A stretch of DNA of 53,805 nucleotides from Rhodospirillales bacterium. GTDB lineage: Bacteria > Pseudomonadota > Alphaproteobacteria > Rhodospirillales > UBA2165. The first letter of the stretch is position 1. Every line of letters starts with the position of its first letter. The stretch spans positions 9,078-62,882 of the forward strand of contig JAPPFK010000081.1 in NCBI GenBank assembly GCA_028823885.1, given 5' to 3'. The translations under genes and the position numbers were made by a program. This document shows positions 1 through 11,017 of the stretch, one piece after another. The notes below the pieces were generated by a model, which saw nothing but the letters and a program-made list of their open reading frames with translations, did no database searches and was not told where the DNA came from.

Positions 1-292
1 GGTCATAGGCGTAGACCTTGATGCCCGCCTTGCCGAAATGACCGGCGGCCCCGTCGATGAAGCTGCCGTAGTCGTTGAACCCGTGGAGCGCCAGCATGAC
101 GGCCCGCTTATCGCCTTTCACCGGCCAGGACCGGAGGGGCAGCGCGGCGCCGTCCGCCATGACCGCATGGCTTTCCGTCAGCCGCGGCTCGTCCCTGGGC
201 GGGCCCGGCAATTGGAACCGGGGGGCGCACGCGCCGAGCAGGAGAACCAGGAGAACCGCAACCGCCATGTATCCGGCCGGCCGCGCGCTCAT
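1..292 (-). CDS. Alpha/beta hydrolase (lysophospholipase/PldB-like) lipoprotein, runs off the window start
   Basis: Manual minus-strand translation from ATG 292: MSARPAGYMAVAVLLVLLLGAC (lipobox)...DGAALPLRSWP...VMLALHGFNDYG...GIKVYAYD, a typical Hydrolase_4 N-terminus. Absent from the ORF track because no stop lies in the window. Confidence 0.85.
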   Translation of the reverse strand, partial: MSARPAGYMAVAVLLVLLLGACAPRFQLPGPPRDEPRLTESHAVMADGAALPLRSWPVKGDKRAVMLALHGFNDYGSFIDGAAGHFGKAGIKVYAYD

Positions 293-426
293 GTGGGCAG
301 GCAGGCGGGGACGCGGTTGAAACTCGGCCGTCATGGGGTATCATTCGCACGCCGATAATGGGAGTGCACGCACTTCATTTGGCATTCGGCGGACCGGCGC
401 GGACCGCCGGCTCCCGGGAGGCGGCC

Positions 427-615
427 GTGGATACCGACGATATCGAAAAACCCATCATGGTCACATCGGCCACGATCGCCTGCGACGGCGGCGGCGGGCC
501 GCTGGGCCATCCCCGCGTCTTCCTGACCATGGATGACGACGGCCGGGTCGTCTGTCCCTACTGCAGCCGGACCTTCGTTCTCGCCGAGGGCGCCGAGAGC
601 CGGGCGGGCCATTAG
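427..615 (+). CDS. zf-CHCC zinc-finger protein (NDUFS6-like)
   Basis: CDGGGGPLGHPRVFL...CPYC motif. GTG at 427 follows GGGAGG. The stop overlaps the polA start (TAGTG). Confidence 0.85.
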   Translation: MDTDDIEKPIMVTSATIACDGGGGPLGHPRVFLTMDDDGRVVCPYCSRTFVLAEGAESRAGH

Positions 616-3470
616 TGGCCGACGCGGGGGCAGCTTCCGTCAAGCATCTCTTCCTGGTCGACGGATCGGGGTTCATCTTCCGCGCCTTCTTCGCCAGGGG
701 CGTCTCCAGCAGCGCCATGACCCGCTCGGACGGCACGCCGACCAATGCGGTCTATATCTACACGCGGATGCTGCGCAAGCTGGTCGACGATACGGAAGCC
801 GATCATATCGCCGTCATATTCGATACCTCGCGCAAGAGCTTCCGCAACGAGATCTACGCCGACTACAAGGCCCACCGGCCGCCGCCGCCCGACGATCTGA
901 TCCCGCAATTCCCATTGGTCCGGGAGGCGACCGAGGCGCTCAACGTGCCGGCCGTCGAACTGCCGGGCTACGAGGCGGACGACCTGATCGCGACCTATGC
1001 CCGTCAGGCGGCGGATGCCGGGGCCGAGGTCACCATCGTTTCATCCGACAAGGATCTCATGCAGCTGGTCGACGACCGGATCACCATGTTCGACGCCATG
1101 AAGAATGTCCGCATCGGCCGCGAACAGGTGATCGAGAAGTTCGGCGTCGGTCCCGAACGGGTCATCGACGTGCAGGCGCTGGCCGGCGATTCGACGGACA
1201 ACGTGCCCGGCGTGCCGGGGATCGGCGTCAAGACGGCGGCGCAGCTGGTCGAAGAATATGGCGGGCTGGACGACATCCTGGCGCGCGCCGAAGAGATCAA
1301 GCAGCCCAAGCGGCGCCAATCCCTCATCGACGGCGCCGACGACGCCCGCATGTCCCGCGAACTGGTCACCTTGAAGACCGACGTTCCGGTCGAGGTGCCG
1401 TTGTCGGACCTCGCCTTGCGGGAGCCGAATCCGGGCAAGTTCCTGGATTTCCTGGCGGCGCAGGAATTCAAGTCGCTGGTCAAGCAGTACGGGGGAGACC
1501 CCGACGCGATCCCGGACAAGAAGCCCCCGGCAAAGTCAGAGGCGAAGTCCGGGGCGGAAGCGCCGGCGCAACAAACGCCGAAGCCGGGGAAAAAGCCGTC
1601 CAGGCCCTCCGAAATCGCCGACGGATACGAGCTGGTTCAAACCGAGGACCGGCTCCAGGTCTGGATCAGGGAGGCGGCCGGACAGGGGAGCTTCGCCGTC
1701 GACACGGAGACCACCTCGCTCAATTCCATGCAGGCGGAACTGGTGGGCATCTCGCTCTCACTCGGCCCGAACAGGGCGTGCTACATCCCGGTCGCCCATG
1801 TGGCGGGTGGGGAGCAGGCCACCCTCGACCTGGACGGCGGCGAAACCCAAACCGCCGAGACCGTGCCGCAGATTTCGCGGGAGACGGCGATCCAGATGCT
1901 GAAGCCCCTGCTCGAGGACCCGGCGGTCCTCAAGGTCGGGCACAACATCAAATACGACAACGAGATCTTCGCCCGCTACGGCGTCCATGTCGGACCGTTC
2001 GACGATACGATGATCCTGTCCTACGTGCTGGAGGGCGGCCTTCACGGCCACGGCATGGACGAACTGGCCGAGTTGCATTTCTCCCACCGGACCATCAAGT
2101 TCAAGGACGTGGCCGGGTCGGGCAAATCGCAGGTGACCTTCGACAAGGTGGCCCTCGACAAGGCGCTGGACTATGCGGCGGAGGATGCGGACATCACCGG
2201 CCGGCTTCACGGCCTGCTCCGCCCGAGGCTGGTCGCCGACCGCATGGTGAGCGTCTACGAGACCCTGGAAAGGCCCCTGATCGGCGTGTTGACCGATATG
2301 GAGCGCGCCGGCATCCGCGCCGACGCCGGGGTGTTGAAGAAGCTGTCCCAGGATTTCGAGAAGCGTCTCGGCGATCTGGAGACCGAAATCCACAAGCTGG
2401 CGGGCCACGAATTCAATATCGCTTCCCCCAAGCAACTGGGGGAAATCCTGTTCGACGAGATGGGCCTCGAGGGCGGCAAGAAAACCAAGACCGGGGCCTA
2501 CGGCACCGGCGCCGACGTGCTGGAGGGTCTCGCGGCCGAGGGCCACGACCTGCCCGCCCGGGTGCTCGACTGGCGGCAGCTCGCCAAGCTCAAGAGCACC
2601 TATACCGACACCCTGATCGAGCAGATCAACCCGGAGACCGGCCGGGTGCACACCACCTATGGACAGGCCGTGGCGTCGACCGGGCGGCTCAGCTCGAACG
2701 ACCCCAACCTCCAGAACATTCCCGTTCGGACCGAGGAGGGACGCAAGATCCGCCGGGCATTCGTCCCGTCGGACGGCTGCGCGCTGTTGAGCGCCGACTA
2801 CTCGCAGATCGAGCTTAGGCTGCTGGCGCATGTGGCCGGGATCGGCGTGCTGAAGGATGCCTTCAGGGAAGGCATGGACATCCACGCCCTGACCGCCAGC
2901 CAGGTATTCGGCGTGCCCGTCGAGGGGATGGACCCGATGATCCGGCGACAGGCCAAGGCGATCAATTTCGGCATCATCTACGGGATATCGGCATTCGGCC
3001 TCGCCCGCCAGCTCGCCATTCCCCGCGGCGACGCCAAGGCCTATATCGACGCCTACTTCGAGCGTTATCCCGGCATCAAGGACTATATGGACCGGACGAA
3101 GGAAATGGCCCGGGAGCAGGGCTATGTGACGACCTTGTTCGGCCGGAAATGCTACACGCCCGGCATCAAGGACGGTAATCCGTCGCACCGGAGCTTCGCC
3201 GAGCGGGCCGCCATCAACGCGCCCCTCCAGGGCGGCGCCGCCGACATCATCAAGCGGGCGATGATCCGGATGCCGGCGGCGCTGAAGAAGGCCGGGCTGG
3301 GCGCCAGGATGCTGCTACAGGTGCACGACGAACTGATCTTCGACGTGCCCGAGAGCGAGCTCGACGCCACCGCCCAACTCGCCAAATCGGTCATGGAAGG
3401 GGTGGCGGCCCTCGACGTTCCCCTGACGGTGGACACCGGCTTCGGCGGGAACTGGGACGAAGCGCACTGA
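615..3470 (+). CDS. polA: DNA polymerase I
   Basis: 5'-3' exo (LVDGSG, YEADD, GDSTDNVPGVPGIG), 3'-5' exo (DTETT), polymerase motifs DYSQIELR, KAINFGIIYG, QVHDE. Confidence 0.99.
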   Translation: MADAGAASVKHLFLVDGSGFIFRAFFARGVSSSAMTRSDGTPTNAVYIYTRMLRKLVDDTEADHIAVIFDTSRKSFRNEIYADYKAHRPPPPDDLIPQFPLVREATEALNVPAVELPGYEADDLIATYARQAADAGAEVTIVSSDKDLMQLVDDRITMFDAMKNVRIGREQVIEKFGVGPERVIDVQALAGDSTDNVPGVPGIGVKTAAQLVEEYGGLDDILARAEEIKQPKRRQSLIDGADDARMSRELVTLKTDVPVEVPLSDLALREPNPGKFLDFLAAQEFKSLVKQYGGDPDAIPDKKPPAKSEAKSGAEAPAQQTPKPGKKPSRPSEIADGYELVQTEDRLQVWIREAAGQGSFAVDTETTSLNSMQAELVGISLSLGPNRACYIPVAHVAGGEQATLDLDGGETQTAETVPQISRETAIQMLKPLLEDPAVLKVGHNIKYDNEIFARYGVHVGPFDDTMILSYVLEGGLHGHGMDELAELHFSHRTIKFKDVAGSGKSQVTFDKVALDKALDYAAEDADITGRLHGLLRPRLVADRMVSVYETLERPLIGVLTDMERAGIRADAGVLKKLSQDFEKRLGDLETEIHKLAGHEFNIASPKQLGEILFDEMGLEGGKKTKTGAYGTGADVLEGLAAEGHDLPARVLDWRQLAKLKSTYTDTLIEQINPETGRVHTTYGQAVASTGRLSSNDPNLQNIPVRTEEGRKIRRAFVPSDGCALLSADYSQIELRLLAHVAGIGVLKDAFREGMDIHALTASQVFGVPVEGMDPMIRRQAKAINFGIIYGISAFGLARQLAIPRGDAKAYIDAYFERYPGIKDYMDRTKEMAREQGYVTTLFGRKCYTPGIKDGNPSHRSFAERAAINAPLQGGAADIIKRAMIRMPAALKKAGLGARMLLQVHDELIFDVPESELDATAQLAKSVMEGVAALDVPLTVDTGFGGNWDEAH

Positions 3471-3630
3471 AGACGCGCCTGAGCGGGAAGGCGCGGAAGA
3501 CCTTGCCGGCGGATTACATTTTCGTAACTCACGGCAAATTTTGTCGAATCGCCGGATTTGACCTGGAATAATTCAAACCCGAGGCTATTTATGGGGCGTA
3601 ATCGACATCCGCCCAGCAGGAGACCGGGAA

Positions 3631-4596
3631 ATGCTGATCAAATTCAGGAAAGCATCCGACGCCCATGAATCGGAAGTGACGCCGAAGGAATTGTTCCTCA
3701 ACCGGCGTTCCTTCATGGCGGCCGCGGCGGCGGCCGGGGGAACCGCGCTTCTGCCCGCATTTCCCAATGATGCCCGGGCGGCGTTCACGAACCTGAAGAG
3801 GAATCCGAAATTCCAAACGCTGGAAAAGCCGACGACCCTGGACGGGATTACCTCGCACAACAATTTCTATGAATTCGGCACCGGCAAGACCGACCCCAAG
3901 AAAAACGCCCATACGCTGAAGCCCCGGCCCTGGTCGGTGGAAATCGCCGGGCACGCGGCCAAGACCGGCACCTTCGATCTGGACGACATCCTGAAGCCTC
4001 ACGAATTGGAGGAGCGCATCTACCGGCTGCGCTGCGTCGAGGCCTGGTCCATGGTGATCCCGTGGGTCGGCTTCCCTCTCGGAGACCTGATCAAGCGATT
4101 CGAGCCCACCTCGAAAGCGAAATATGTCGCCTTCGAGACGCTGGTCGACACGGAGCAGATGCCGAAGCAGAAACTCCCGATCCTGGATTGGCCCTACGTG
4201 GAAGGACTGCGCATGGACGAGGCGATGCACCCGCTGGCCATCTTGGCGGTGGGCATCTATGGCGATGACATGCCCAATCAGAACGGCGCGCCGATCCGCC
4301 TCGTGGTGCCGTGGAAGTACGGCTTCAAGAGCATCAAGTCCGTCGTCAAGATCAACTTCGTCGAAGAAATGCCGCCGACGACCTGGAACATCCAGGCGCC
4401 GGGAGAATACGGCTTCTATTCCAACGTCAATCCAAACCGGGATCATCCCCGCTGGAGCCAGGCGCGCGAGCGGCGGATTACCGGCGAGGGCGGCTTCAAG
4501 GCGCTGATTGCTCCCAAGATCGAGACCAAGATGTTCAACGGCTATGACGACGTCGCGGGTCTCTACACCGGGATGGACCTGATCAAGAACTACTAG
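3631..4596 (+). CDS. msrP: Periplasmic protein-methionine-sulfoxide reductase, molybdopterin catalytic subunit
   Basis: Tat motif NRRSFM; [48 protein letters not shown]. Confidence 0.97.
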   Translation: MLIKFRKASDAHESEVTPKELFLNRRSFMAAAAAAGGTALLPAFPNDARAAFTNLKRNPKFQTLEKPTTLDGITSHNNFYEFGTGKTDPKKNAHTLKPRPWSVEIAGHAAKTGTFDLDDILKPHELEERIYRLRCVEAWSMVIPWVGFPLGDLIKRFEPTSKAKYVAFETLVDTEQMPKQKLPILDWPYVEGLRMDEAMHPLAILAVGIYGDDMPNQNGAPIRLVVPWKYGFKSIKSVVKINFVEEMPPTTWNIQAPGEYGFYSNVNPNRDHPRWSQARERRITGEGGFKALIAPKIETKMFNGYDDVAGLYTGMDLIKNY

Positions 4597-4606
4597 GCGC
4601 CGCCTT

Positions 4607-5257
4607 ATGAATACGAAGACGTCGCGGCGGATATTCAAGCCGCTGGTGTTCATTGCCAGCCTGCTGCCGTTCGCCTACCTGCTGTATGCGCTCTACTCCG
4701 ACACGGTGCTCGGCACCAAGCTGCTGACCGACGATCCGGTCCAGAAATTCGACCGGGAGCTGGGCGACTGGACGCTGATCTTCATCATCATCACCCTTAC
4801 CGTGCGGCCCCTGGCCGACATCCTGAAAAAGCGGGAACTGATCGCCTACCGGCGCATGCTCGGACTGTTCGCCTTCTTCTACGGCGTGCTGCACGTATCC
4901 AGCTATGTGGGGCTCAACCTGCAGCTCGACTTCGCCGAGTTCGTGAAGGATGTGGTGAAGCGCCCGTTCATCACCGTCGGCATCATCGCGTTTACCGCCA
5001 TGGCGGCGCTCGCCGCGACCTCCACCAAGGGCATGATCAAGCGCATGGGAGGAAAGGCGTGGACCCGTCTTCATTGGCTGATCTATCCCATCGCCGTTCT
5101 GGGCGTCGTGCATTTCTACATGATGATCCGCGCGGACTTTTCCAGGCCCGTCATCTACGGCAGCATTATTTTCGTTCTCCTGGCCTACCGCTATGTGGTC
5201 AAGCTGCGGCGGGACGGAAAACGCAAGCGCCGGGAAGCGGAAACCGCGGCTGCCTGA
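4607..5257 (+). CDS. msrQ: Heme-binding membrane subunit of MsrPQ
   Basis: Multi-TM protein with RRMLGLFAFFY..LH, KRPFITVG, WTRLHWLIY..LH; directly after msrP. Confidence 0.96.
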   Translation: MNTKTSRRIFKPLVFIASLLPFAYLLYALYSDTVLGTKLLTDDPVQKFDRELGDWTLIFIIITLTVRPLADILKKRELIAYRRMLGLFAFFYGVLHVSSYVGLNLQLDFAEFVKDVVKRPFITVGIIAFTAMAALAATSTKGMIKRMGGKAWTRLHWLIYPIAVLGVVHFYMMIRADFSRPVIYGSIIFVLLAYRYVVKLRRDGKRKRREAETAAA

Positions 5258-5266
5258 CGCAGCCGG

Positions 5267-5677
5267 CTAGCCCCCGAACATCTTTTTCAAATTTTCCATC
5301 CCCGCCTGATAGCTGTCCTGAACCGCCTTGGTTGCATCGGGAACGCCCTGGGCCGGTTCGAACTCACCGGACCATTCCACGTCGGCGCCGCCGCTCTCGT
5401 TCGGCGTGACCTTCAGGGTTGCGGAGAAATTGATCACCGGCAGCGGCGAGGAAACGACGGAATAGGTGTAGGTCAACTCCTCGTCGTCGCGGGCGACCAG
5501 TTTCTCGACGATTTCACCGCCGCCCATCACCGTCAGCCGCCGGACGGTGCCGCCGTCCTCCAGTTCGCTGGACTCCATGGCGGGATGCCAGGAGGGCAAG
5601 GCATTGAAATTGCCGATTGCCTCCCAAACCTGTTTGGCATCCACCGGCAGCGACGTTTTCATACTGACATTTGCCAT
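5267..5677 (-). CDS. SRPBCC (START/polyketide cyclase-like) family protein
   Basis: MANVSMKTSLPVDAKQVWEAIGNFNALPSWHP...GTVRRL...YTYSVV. ATG 5677 follows GGGAGG; 136 aa. Confidence 0.85.
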   Translation of the reverse strand: MANVSMKTSLPVDAKQVWEAIGNFNALPSWHPAMESSELEDGGTVRRLTVMGGGEIVEKLVARDDEELTYTYSVVSSPLPVINFSATLKVTPNESGGADVEWSGEFEPAQGVPDATKAVQDSYQAGMENLKKMFGG

Positions 5678-5694
5678 GACCCGGCCTCCCCAAA

Positions 5695-7521
5695 TCAGCC
5701 TGCGACCCGCCAGACCTCGGGCGCCGCGTCGAGCCGCTGTATCAGGGCTTGGCGCTGAGTCTCCATCTCGTCCGGGAGGGCGCCGTCGAAGCTGTCGAAG
5801 AGCTCTTTCTGCGCTTCCGCCTCGGCGCGGCCCGCCGCGGTATCGATGTCCATGATGCTGGCGAATGTATCGGCGCCGAAGTCCAGGCCCTTCCAGTTCA
5901 AGTCCTGGTGTCGCGGCATGAAGCCGAATGGGCTCTCGACCGCATCCGCCTTGCCGTTCACCCGGTCGACGATCCATTGCAAGACCCGCAAATTCTGGCC
6001 GAAGCCGGGCCAGACAAAGCCGCCGTTCTCATCCTTGCGGAACCAGTTGACCCGAAAGATGGGCGGCGGGCTGGCGAGTTTGCCGCCCAGATTCAGCCAG
6101 TGCCGCCAGTAATCGGCCATGTTGTAGCCGCAGAACGGCAGCATCGCCATCGGGTCCCGGCGGATCGCCGCCTGATCGACCGCGGCGGCGGTCGCTTCAG
6201 AGCCCATGGTCGCCGCCATGTACACGCCGTGCCGCCAATCGGTCGACTGATAGACCAGTGGGAAGGTGTGGCTGAGGCGTCCGCCAAAGATGAAAGCGCT
6301 GATCGGCACGCCGTTGGGGTCCTCCCAATCGTCCGAATAGGTCGGACATTGGGTGGTCGGGCAGGTGAAGCGGGCGTTGGGGTGAGCCGCCTTGTCCCCG
6401 GACGACGGCGTCCAGTCGTTGCCGCGCCAGTCGATCAGATGGTCCGGCGGCGGGTCGTCATGGCCCTCCCACCACACATCGCCGTCATCGGTCAGCGCGA
6501 CATTGGTGAAAATGGTGTCCCGCTCCATCATCTTGACGGCACTCGGATTGGTCTTCGAAGAGGTGCCGGGGACGACGCCGAAATATCCCGCTTCCGGATT
6601 GATGGCATAGAGGCGCCCGTCCTCGCCGGGCTTGATCCACGCGATGTCGTCGCCGACGGTTGAAACCTTCCAGCCGTCGAAACCTTCCGGCGGAATAATC
6701 ATCGCCAGATTCGTCTTGCCGCAGGCGCTCGGGAAGGCGGCGGCGACATAGGTCTTTTCGCCTTCGGGACTTTCGAGGCCCAAAATCAGCATATGTTCGG
6801 CGAGCCAGCCTTCGTCCCGCGCCATGACCGAGGCGATGCGGAGCGAGAAGCACTTCTTTCCAAGGAGGGCATTGCCGCCATAGCCGGACCCATAGGACCA
6901 GATGGCCCGCTCTTCGGGATACTGGACGATGTATTTGGTCTCGTTGCACGGCCAAGGCACGTCTTCCCGGCCATCCTCGAGAGGTGCGCCGACGGAATGC
7001 ATGCACGGCACGAACTCGCCGTCGCCGAGAACGTCCAGCGCCTCCTGACCCATCCGCGTCATGATCTTCATGCTCGCCGCGACATAGGGCGAATCGGTGA
7101 GCTGCACCCCGATATGCGAGATGTGGGAGCCGATGGGGCCCATGGAGAAGGGGATGACATACATGGTCCGGCCGCGCATGGCGCCGTCGAAGAGACCGTT
7201 CATGGTCTCCTTCATTTCCGCCGGATCGACCCAGTTGTTGGTAGGGCCCGCATCTTCCTGCTTCCCGGAGCAAACAAACGTCCGGTGCTCGACCCGCGCG
7301 ACATCGTCCGGGTCGGACCGCGCCAGGTAGGAATTGGGCCGCTTCTCTTCGTTGAGTTTCATCAGCGTGCCGGTTGCCAGCATCTGATCGATGAGCTGCC
7401 GATACTCCTCCTCGGAGCCGTCACACCACTGAACCCAGTCGGGCCGGCAAAGTCCGGCCATCTCCTCCACCCAAGCCATGAGTTTTGCGTTGGTGGTCCG
7501 GTTGGTGCCGGTAGCGGTCAT
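5695..7521 (-). CDS. pckG: Phosphoenolpyruvate carboxykinase (GTP)
   Basis: GTP-type signature [14 protein letters not shown]; also [36 protein letters not shown] 7521 follows GGAG. Confidence 0.97.
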   Translation of the reverse strand: MTATGTNRTTNAKLMAWVEEMAGLCRPDWVQWCDGSEEEYRQLIDQMLATGTLMKLNEEKRPNSYLARSDPDDVARVEHRTFVCSGKQEDAGPTNNWVDPAEMKETMNGLFDGAMRGRTMYVIPFSMGPIGSHISHIGVQLTDSPYVAASMKIMTRMGQEALDVLGDGEFVPCMHSVGAPLEDGREDVPWPCNETKYIVQYPEERAIWSYGSGYGGNALLGKKCFSLRIASVMARDEGWLAEHMLILGLESPEGEKTYVAAAFPSACGKTNLAMIIPPEGFDGWKVSTVGDDIAWIKPGEDGRLYAINPEAGYFGVVPGTSSKTNPSAVKMMERDTIFTNVALTDDGDVWWEGHDDPPPDHLIDWRGNDWTPSSGDKAAHPNARFTCPTTQCPTYSDDWEDPNGVPISAFIFGGRLSHTFPLVYQSTDWRHGVYMAATMGSEATAAAVDQAAIRRDPMAMLPFCGYNMADYWRHWLNLGGKLASPPPIFRVNWFRKDENGGFVWPGFGQNLRVLQWIVDRVNGKADAVESPFGFMPRHQDLNWKGLDFGADTFASIMDIDTAAGRAEAEAQKELFDSFDGALPDEMETQRQALIQRLDAAPEVWRVAG

Positions 7522-7679
7522 ATTTTTCTCCCGTATGCCCTTTTGGGGCAGCCGCCTTTGGGGCGGTCGATCGTGTCCCGAAGGCGGTTTGCTTGCCGAT
7601 CCAATGCCGGTCGTTCGCAAAAAAACTGTAGCGCCGCGCCTGGACACAAGCAACCGGTTCATGGCCGATGCCGGCGCAC

Positions 7680-8420
7680 TCAGCCGGATTTTTTCCGCGC
7701 CTCTTTTGCGAGCGCGACAAGGACCGCCCGGCATGTCTCGGCGCTATCCACGGGAGCGCCGAAATCGAGGCGGTGGATGGTGTGCCCGCACCTGAGGTCC
7801 AGCCCGTCCGGGTCGATCCCGATCATCGACCAGTGCTTTCCCCGCCGGCCCAGGAGGACCGTGCCGTAAAGCCGGAGCGCTTCCGGGTGATCGGCGTTCA
7901 TGTGTTCGAGAATACCGGCCTCGGCCTTGGCGATGTCGCGCGCCGCCTTTTTGTTCGCCGTCAGCTTCCTTCCATCGACCCAATAGGCGCGTGCGAACCC
8001 GCCGACGAAATGAGCGCGCTCGATGTCCAGCTGAAAGAAGCCGAAGTCGGCGAAATCCGCATACGACGAAGCATCCGGATTATAGCGCAGATAACGCGCG
8101 GCCTTCTGCGGATCGTCTTCCCTTCGGAGCCGGCCGAACAGGGTAACCCGGGCGCCGGTCTGGGGGTTGCGGGCGCCGGCGGTTCCGTCGAGAAAAATCG
8201 AGACCCGATCGTCGGCCTGGAGATTCCGGGTGTGGGCCGACAATTCGGACAGCAGGAGAATCGGCGCGCCATCGCCGGCCGGCGCAATGCCGACCAGCGA
8301 TGTCATCGGCCAGCCTTCGGGCTCCCGCGCGTTCGTGCCGAGGACGGCCTTGCGGCAGCGCCGCATCATGCCCTGGATCTCCCGGAGGGTTCTGGGGCCC
8401 GCTTTGGTCCGAATTGCCAT
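7680..8420 (-). CDS. HugZ/pyridoxamine-5'-phosphate-oxidase-like protein with C-terminal DUF2470 domain
   Basis: [56 protein letters not shown]. Confidence 0.88.
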   Translation of the reverse strand: MAIRTKAGPRTLREIQGMMRRCRKAVLGTNAREPEGWPMTSLVGIAPAGDGAPILLLSELSAHTRNLQADDRVSIFLDGTAGARNPQTGARVTLFGRLRREDDPQKAARYLRYNPDASSYADFADFGFFQLDIERAHFVGGFARAYWVDGRKLTANKKAARDIAKAEAGILEHMNADHPEALRLYGTVLLGRRGKHWSMIGIDPDGLDLRCGHTIHRLDFGAPVDSAETCRAVLVALAKEARKKSG

Positions 8421-8478
8421 ATTTCCCGTGTCTTATCCCTTTGAAATCACAAGAGAAATTTTGATAGGCCTCCCGCCG

Positions 8479-8522
8479 TGCCATAATTGGACTATATTTC
8501 TGCCACAATTCCGCCGTCAATT
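8479..8522. promoter_or_regulatory. Phased direct repeats upstream of chvI (candidate ChvI sites)
   Basis: TGCCATAATT (8479) and TGCCACAATT (8501) lie 22 bp apart; GCC-N8-GCC at 8502-8515. Confidence 0.4.
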
Positions 8523-8605
8523 GGACGCCGTTGTTCGGTGGGCCGGGCCGTTTTCCGGGCCCGCGCGCGTCCGATCAAGGGTAACTGGCGGGTAAGAGAG
8601 CCGGC

Positions 8606-9322
8606 ATGACGCAATCGATTGTTTTGGTCGATGACGACCGCAACATTTTGACCTCTGTGGCGATGGCGCTCGAGACCGAGGGGTTCGAGGTCAAATCCTA
8701 CTCCGATTCGGTGCAGGCGCTTCATGGGCTGAGAACGGCGCCGCCCGATCTGGTGGTGCTCGACATCAAAATGCCGCGCCTGGACGGCATGGAGCTGCTG
8801 TCCAAGCTACGCGAACGCTCCAGCGTGCCGGTCATTTTTCTCACCTCCAAGGAAGATGAGATCGATGAGGTGCTGGGTCTCCGCATGGGGGCCGACGACT
8901 ACATCAAAAAGCCGTTCTCCCAACGCCTCTTGATCGAACGCATCCGCGCGCTGCTGCGCCGGCAGGACGGGCCGGACGACGAGAACGCGCCCAAACCCCA
9001 GGACGAGACGATCAAGCGCGGGGATCTTATCCTCGACGGCGCGCGTCATCGGTGCTCCTGGCGCGGAACACCGGTCGACCTGACGGTCACCGAATTTCTG
9101 TTGCTTCAATCGTTGGCCTCCCGGCCGGGACACGTCAAAAACCGGGAACAGCTGATCGACGCGGCATATGGTGATCATATCTACGTCGACGACCGGACGA
9201 TTGACAGCCACGTCAAACGGCTTCGGAAGAAGTTCCGGAAGATCGATGAAGATTTCCAGGCCATCGAAACGCTGTATGGCGTGGGGTATCGTTACAACGA
9301 CGGCCGGACCGCAAAGGAGTAG
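8606..9322 (+). CDS. chvI: OmpR-family response regulator ChvI
   Basis: [63 protein letters not shown]. Confidence 0.97.
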   Translation: MTQSIVLVDDDRNILTSVAMALETEGFEVKSYSDSVQALHGLRTAPPDLVVLDIKMPRLDGMELLSKLRERSSVPVIFLTSKEDEIDEVLGLRMGADDYIKKPFSQRLLIERIRALLRRQDGPDDENAPKPQDETIKRGDLILDGARHRCSWRGTPVDLTVTEFLLLQSLASRPGHVKNREQLIDAAYGDHIYVDDRTIDSHVKRLRKKFRKIDEDFQAIETLYGVGYRYNDGRTAKE

Positions 9323-9349
9323 GCCAACACCACCAACTGGATCGGACGA

Positions 9350-11002
9350 GTGGATCGGGGGGCGCATCAAAACAATCATCGGCGTGGCCGCGCGCGGCGC
9401 AAGGGCCGGTTTTCGCCTATCACCCGGCGAATTCTCGCGGTCAATGTTTTTGCGCTAGCCGTGCTGGTGAGCGGATTGCTGTACGTGGGCCAGTATCGTG
9501 AAGGACTGATCCGGACGGAAATCGCCGCGTTGACGACCCAAGCCGATCTGATTGCCGCCGCGCTCGGCGAGGCGGCGGTGAGCGAAGGCGACTCGGAAAA
9601 CCAGGCTCTGGTCGAGGATGTGGCGAGACAAATTGTCCGCCGTCTCGCAGCCACATCGCGGACACGGGCGCAACTGATCGATACCCAGGGACGGGTGGTC
9701 AGCGATAGCCAGTTTCTTGTCGGACCCGGCGGCACCGTGCGGATCGACGAATTGCCGCCGCCGGGTGACGGGGAAGGGCTGGGAGGCTTTTTGCTGGGCG
9801 CCTATGAACGTGCGGCGAGGTGGTTCCGGGGCGCTTCCGCGCGGGGACCCGGTCTCGACGATGCGGGCACCGGTTCTCAGCTTCCCGAAACGCGCCTGGC
9901 GCTCGCCGGCGAACATGGCAGCGGCGTCCAAATCGGCCCCGATGGCGAAATGATCATCAGCGTCGCGGTGCCGGTTCAGCGATACAAGCGGGTGTTGGGC
10001 GCCCTCCTGCTGTTTCGGGATTCCCGGGAAATCGACGAGGCCGTGTTTCAGGTCAGGATGGATATCCTGAAGATGTTTGGTGTCGCCCTGTTGATCACGG
10101 TCCTGTTGTCGGTCTACCTGGCCGGCACCATCGCCCGGCCGTTGCGGCGGCTGTCGCTGGCCGCCGACCGGGTCCGGCAGGGTCTCTCCCGGCAGTACCG
10201 CCTGCCCGATCTCTCCGGCCGCCAAGACGAGATCGGAGATCTCGGCTGGGCCCTTCGGGAAATGACCGAAGCGCTGTGGAACCGGATGGATGCCATCGAA
10301 GGTTTTGCCGCCGACGTGGCCCACGAAATAAAGAACCCGCTTACCTCGCTCAGGAGCGCGGTCGAAACGGCAGCCCGCGTCTCCGACCCGGAACAGCAAC
10401 GGAAGCTGATGGCGATCATCCAGGACGACGTGTCCAGGCTGGACCGGTTGATCACCGACATATCCGACGCATCCCGCCTGGATGCGGAGTTGTCCCGGGC
10501 CGAAATGGCGACCGTCGATATCGCCGGCCTGGTGGCGACCCTGAAGGATGCCTATGGCGCGACCGCGGAGGAGCAGAAGACCAGTCTCGTCCTGGACGAC
10601 GAGGATAACCTGCCCTGTTTGGTGTCCGGTTTGGAGGATCGTCTCGTTCAGGTGTTTCGCAACCTGATCGGCAACGCCTTGAGCTTCAGTCCGGAGGGCG
10701 GCCGGATAACCCTTCGTATCAGGCGGCGCGACGACGATGTCCGGGTGCTGGTCGAGGACCATGGACCCGGAATCCCGGAGGGGGCGGAAGAGCAGATCTT
10801 CGAGCGTTTCTATCAGGAACGGCCGGCGTCCGAGAAGTTCGGGACCCACTCCGGTCTCGGGCTCAGCATTTCCAAGCAAATCGTCGAGGCGCACGGCGGC
10901 TCGATTCGCGCCGAGAACTATGAGGACTTTTCCACCGGATGCACCGGGGCGCGGTTCGTCGTCGAGTTGCCTCTCGGCCCCATTGACACGCCGAACCCCT
11001 GA
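9350..11002 (+). CDS. chvG: Sensor histidine kinase ChvG/ExoS
   Basis: SPITRRILAVN TM1, VAVPVQRYK, HAMP, FAADVAHEIKNPLTSLRSAVET, SGLGLSISKQIVEAHGG. Confidence 0.96.
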   Translation: MDRGAHQNNHRRGRARRKGRFSPITRRILAVNVFALAVLVSGLLYVGQYREGLIRTEIAALTTQADLIAAALGEAAVSEGDSENQALVEDVARQIVRRLAATSRTRAQLIDTQGRVVSDSQFLVGPGGTVRIDELPPPGDGEGLGGFLLGAYERAARWFRGASARGPGLDDAGTGSQLPETRLALAGEHGSGVQIGPDGEMIISVAVPVQRYKRVLGALLLFRDSREIDEAVFQVRMDILKMFGVALLITVLLSVYLAGTIARPLRRLSLAADRVRQGLSRQYRLPDLSGRQDEIGDLGWALREMTEALWNRMDAIEGFAADVAHEIKNPLTSLRSAVETAARVSDPEQQRKLMAIIQDDVSRLDRLITDISDASRLDAELSRAEMATVDIAGLVATLKDAYGATAEEQKTSLVLDDEDNLPCLVSGLEDRLVQVFRNLIGNALSFSPEGGRITLRIRRRDDDVRVLVEDHGPGIPEGAEEQIFERFYQERPASEKFGTHSGLGLSISKQIVEAHGGSIRAENYEDFSTGCTGARFVVELPLGPIDTPNP

Positions 11003-11017
11003 GCATTGAGTCCTGCC

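Noticed and set aside
533-2818. Long alternative-frame and antisense ORFs (e.g. 533-2818, 9455-11374, 44544-46727, 47907-50276)
   Set aside because: They overlap well-supported genes, are R/G/P-rich or antisense shadows typical of high-GC codon bias, and show no family motifs.
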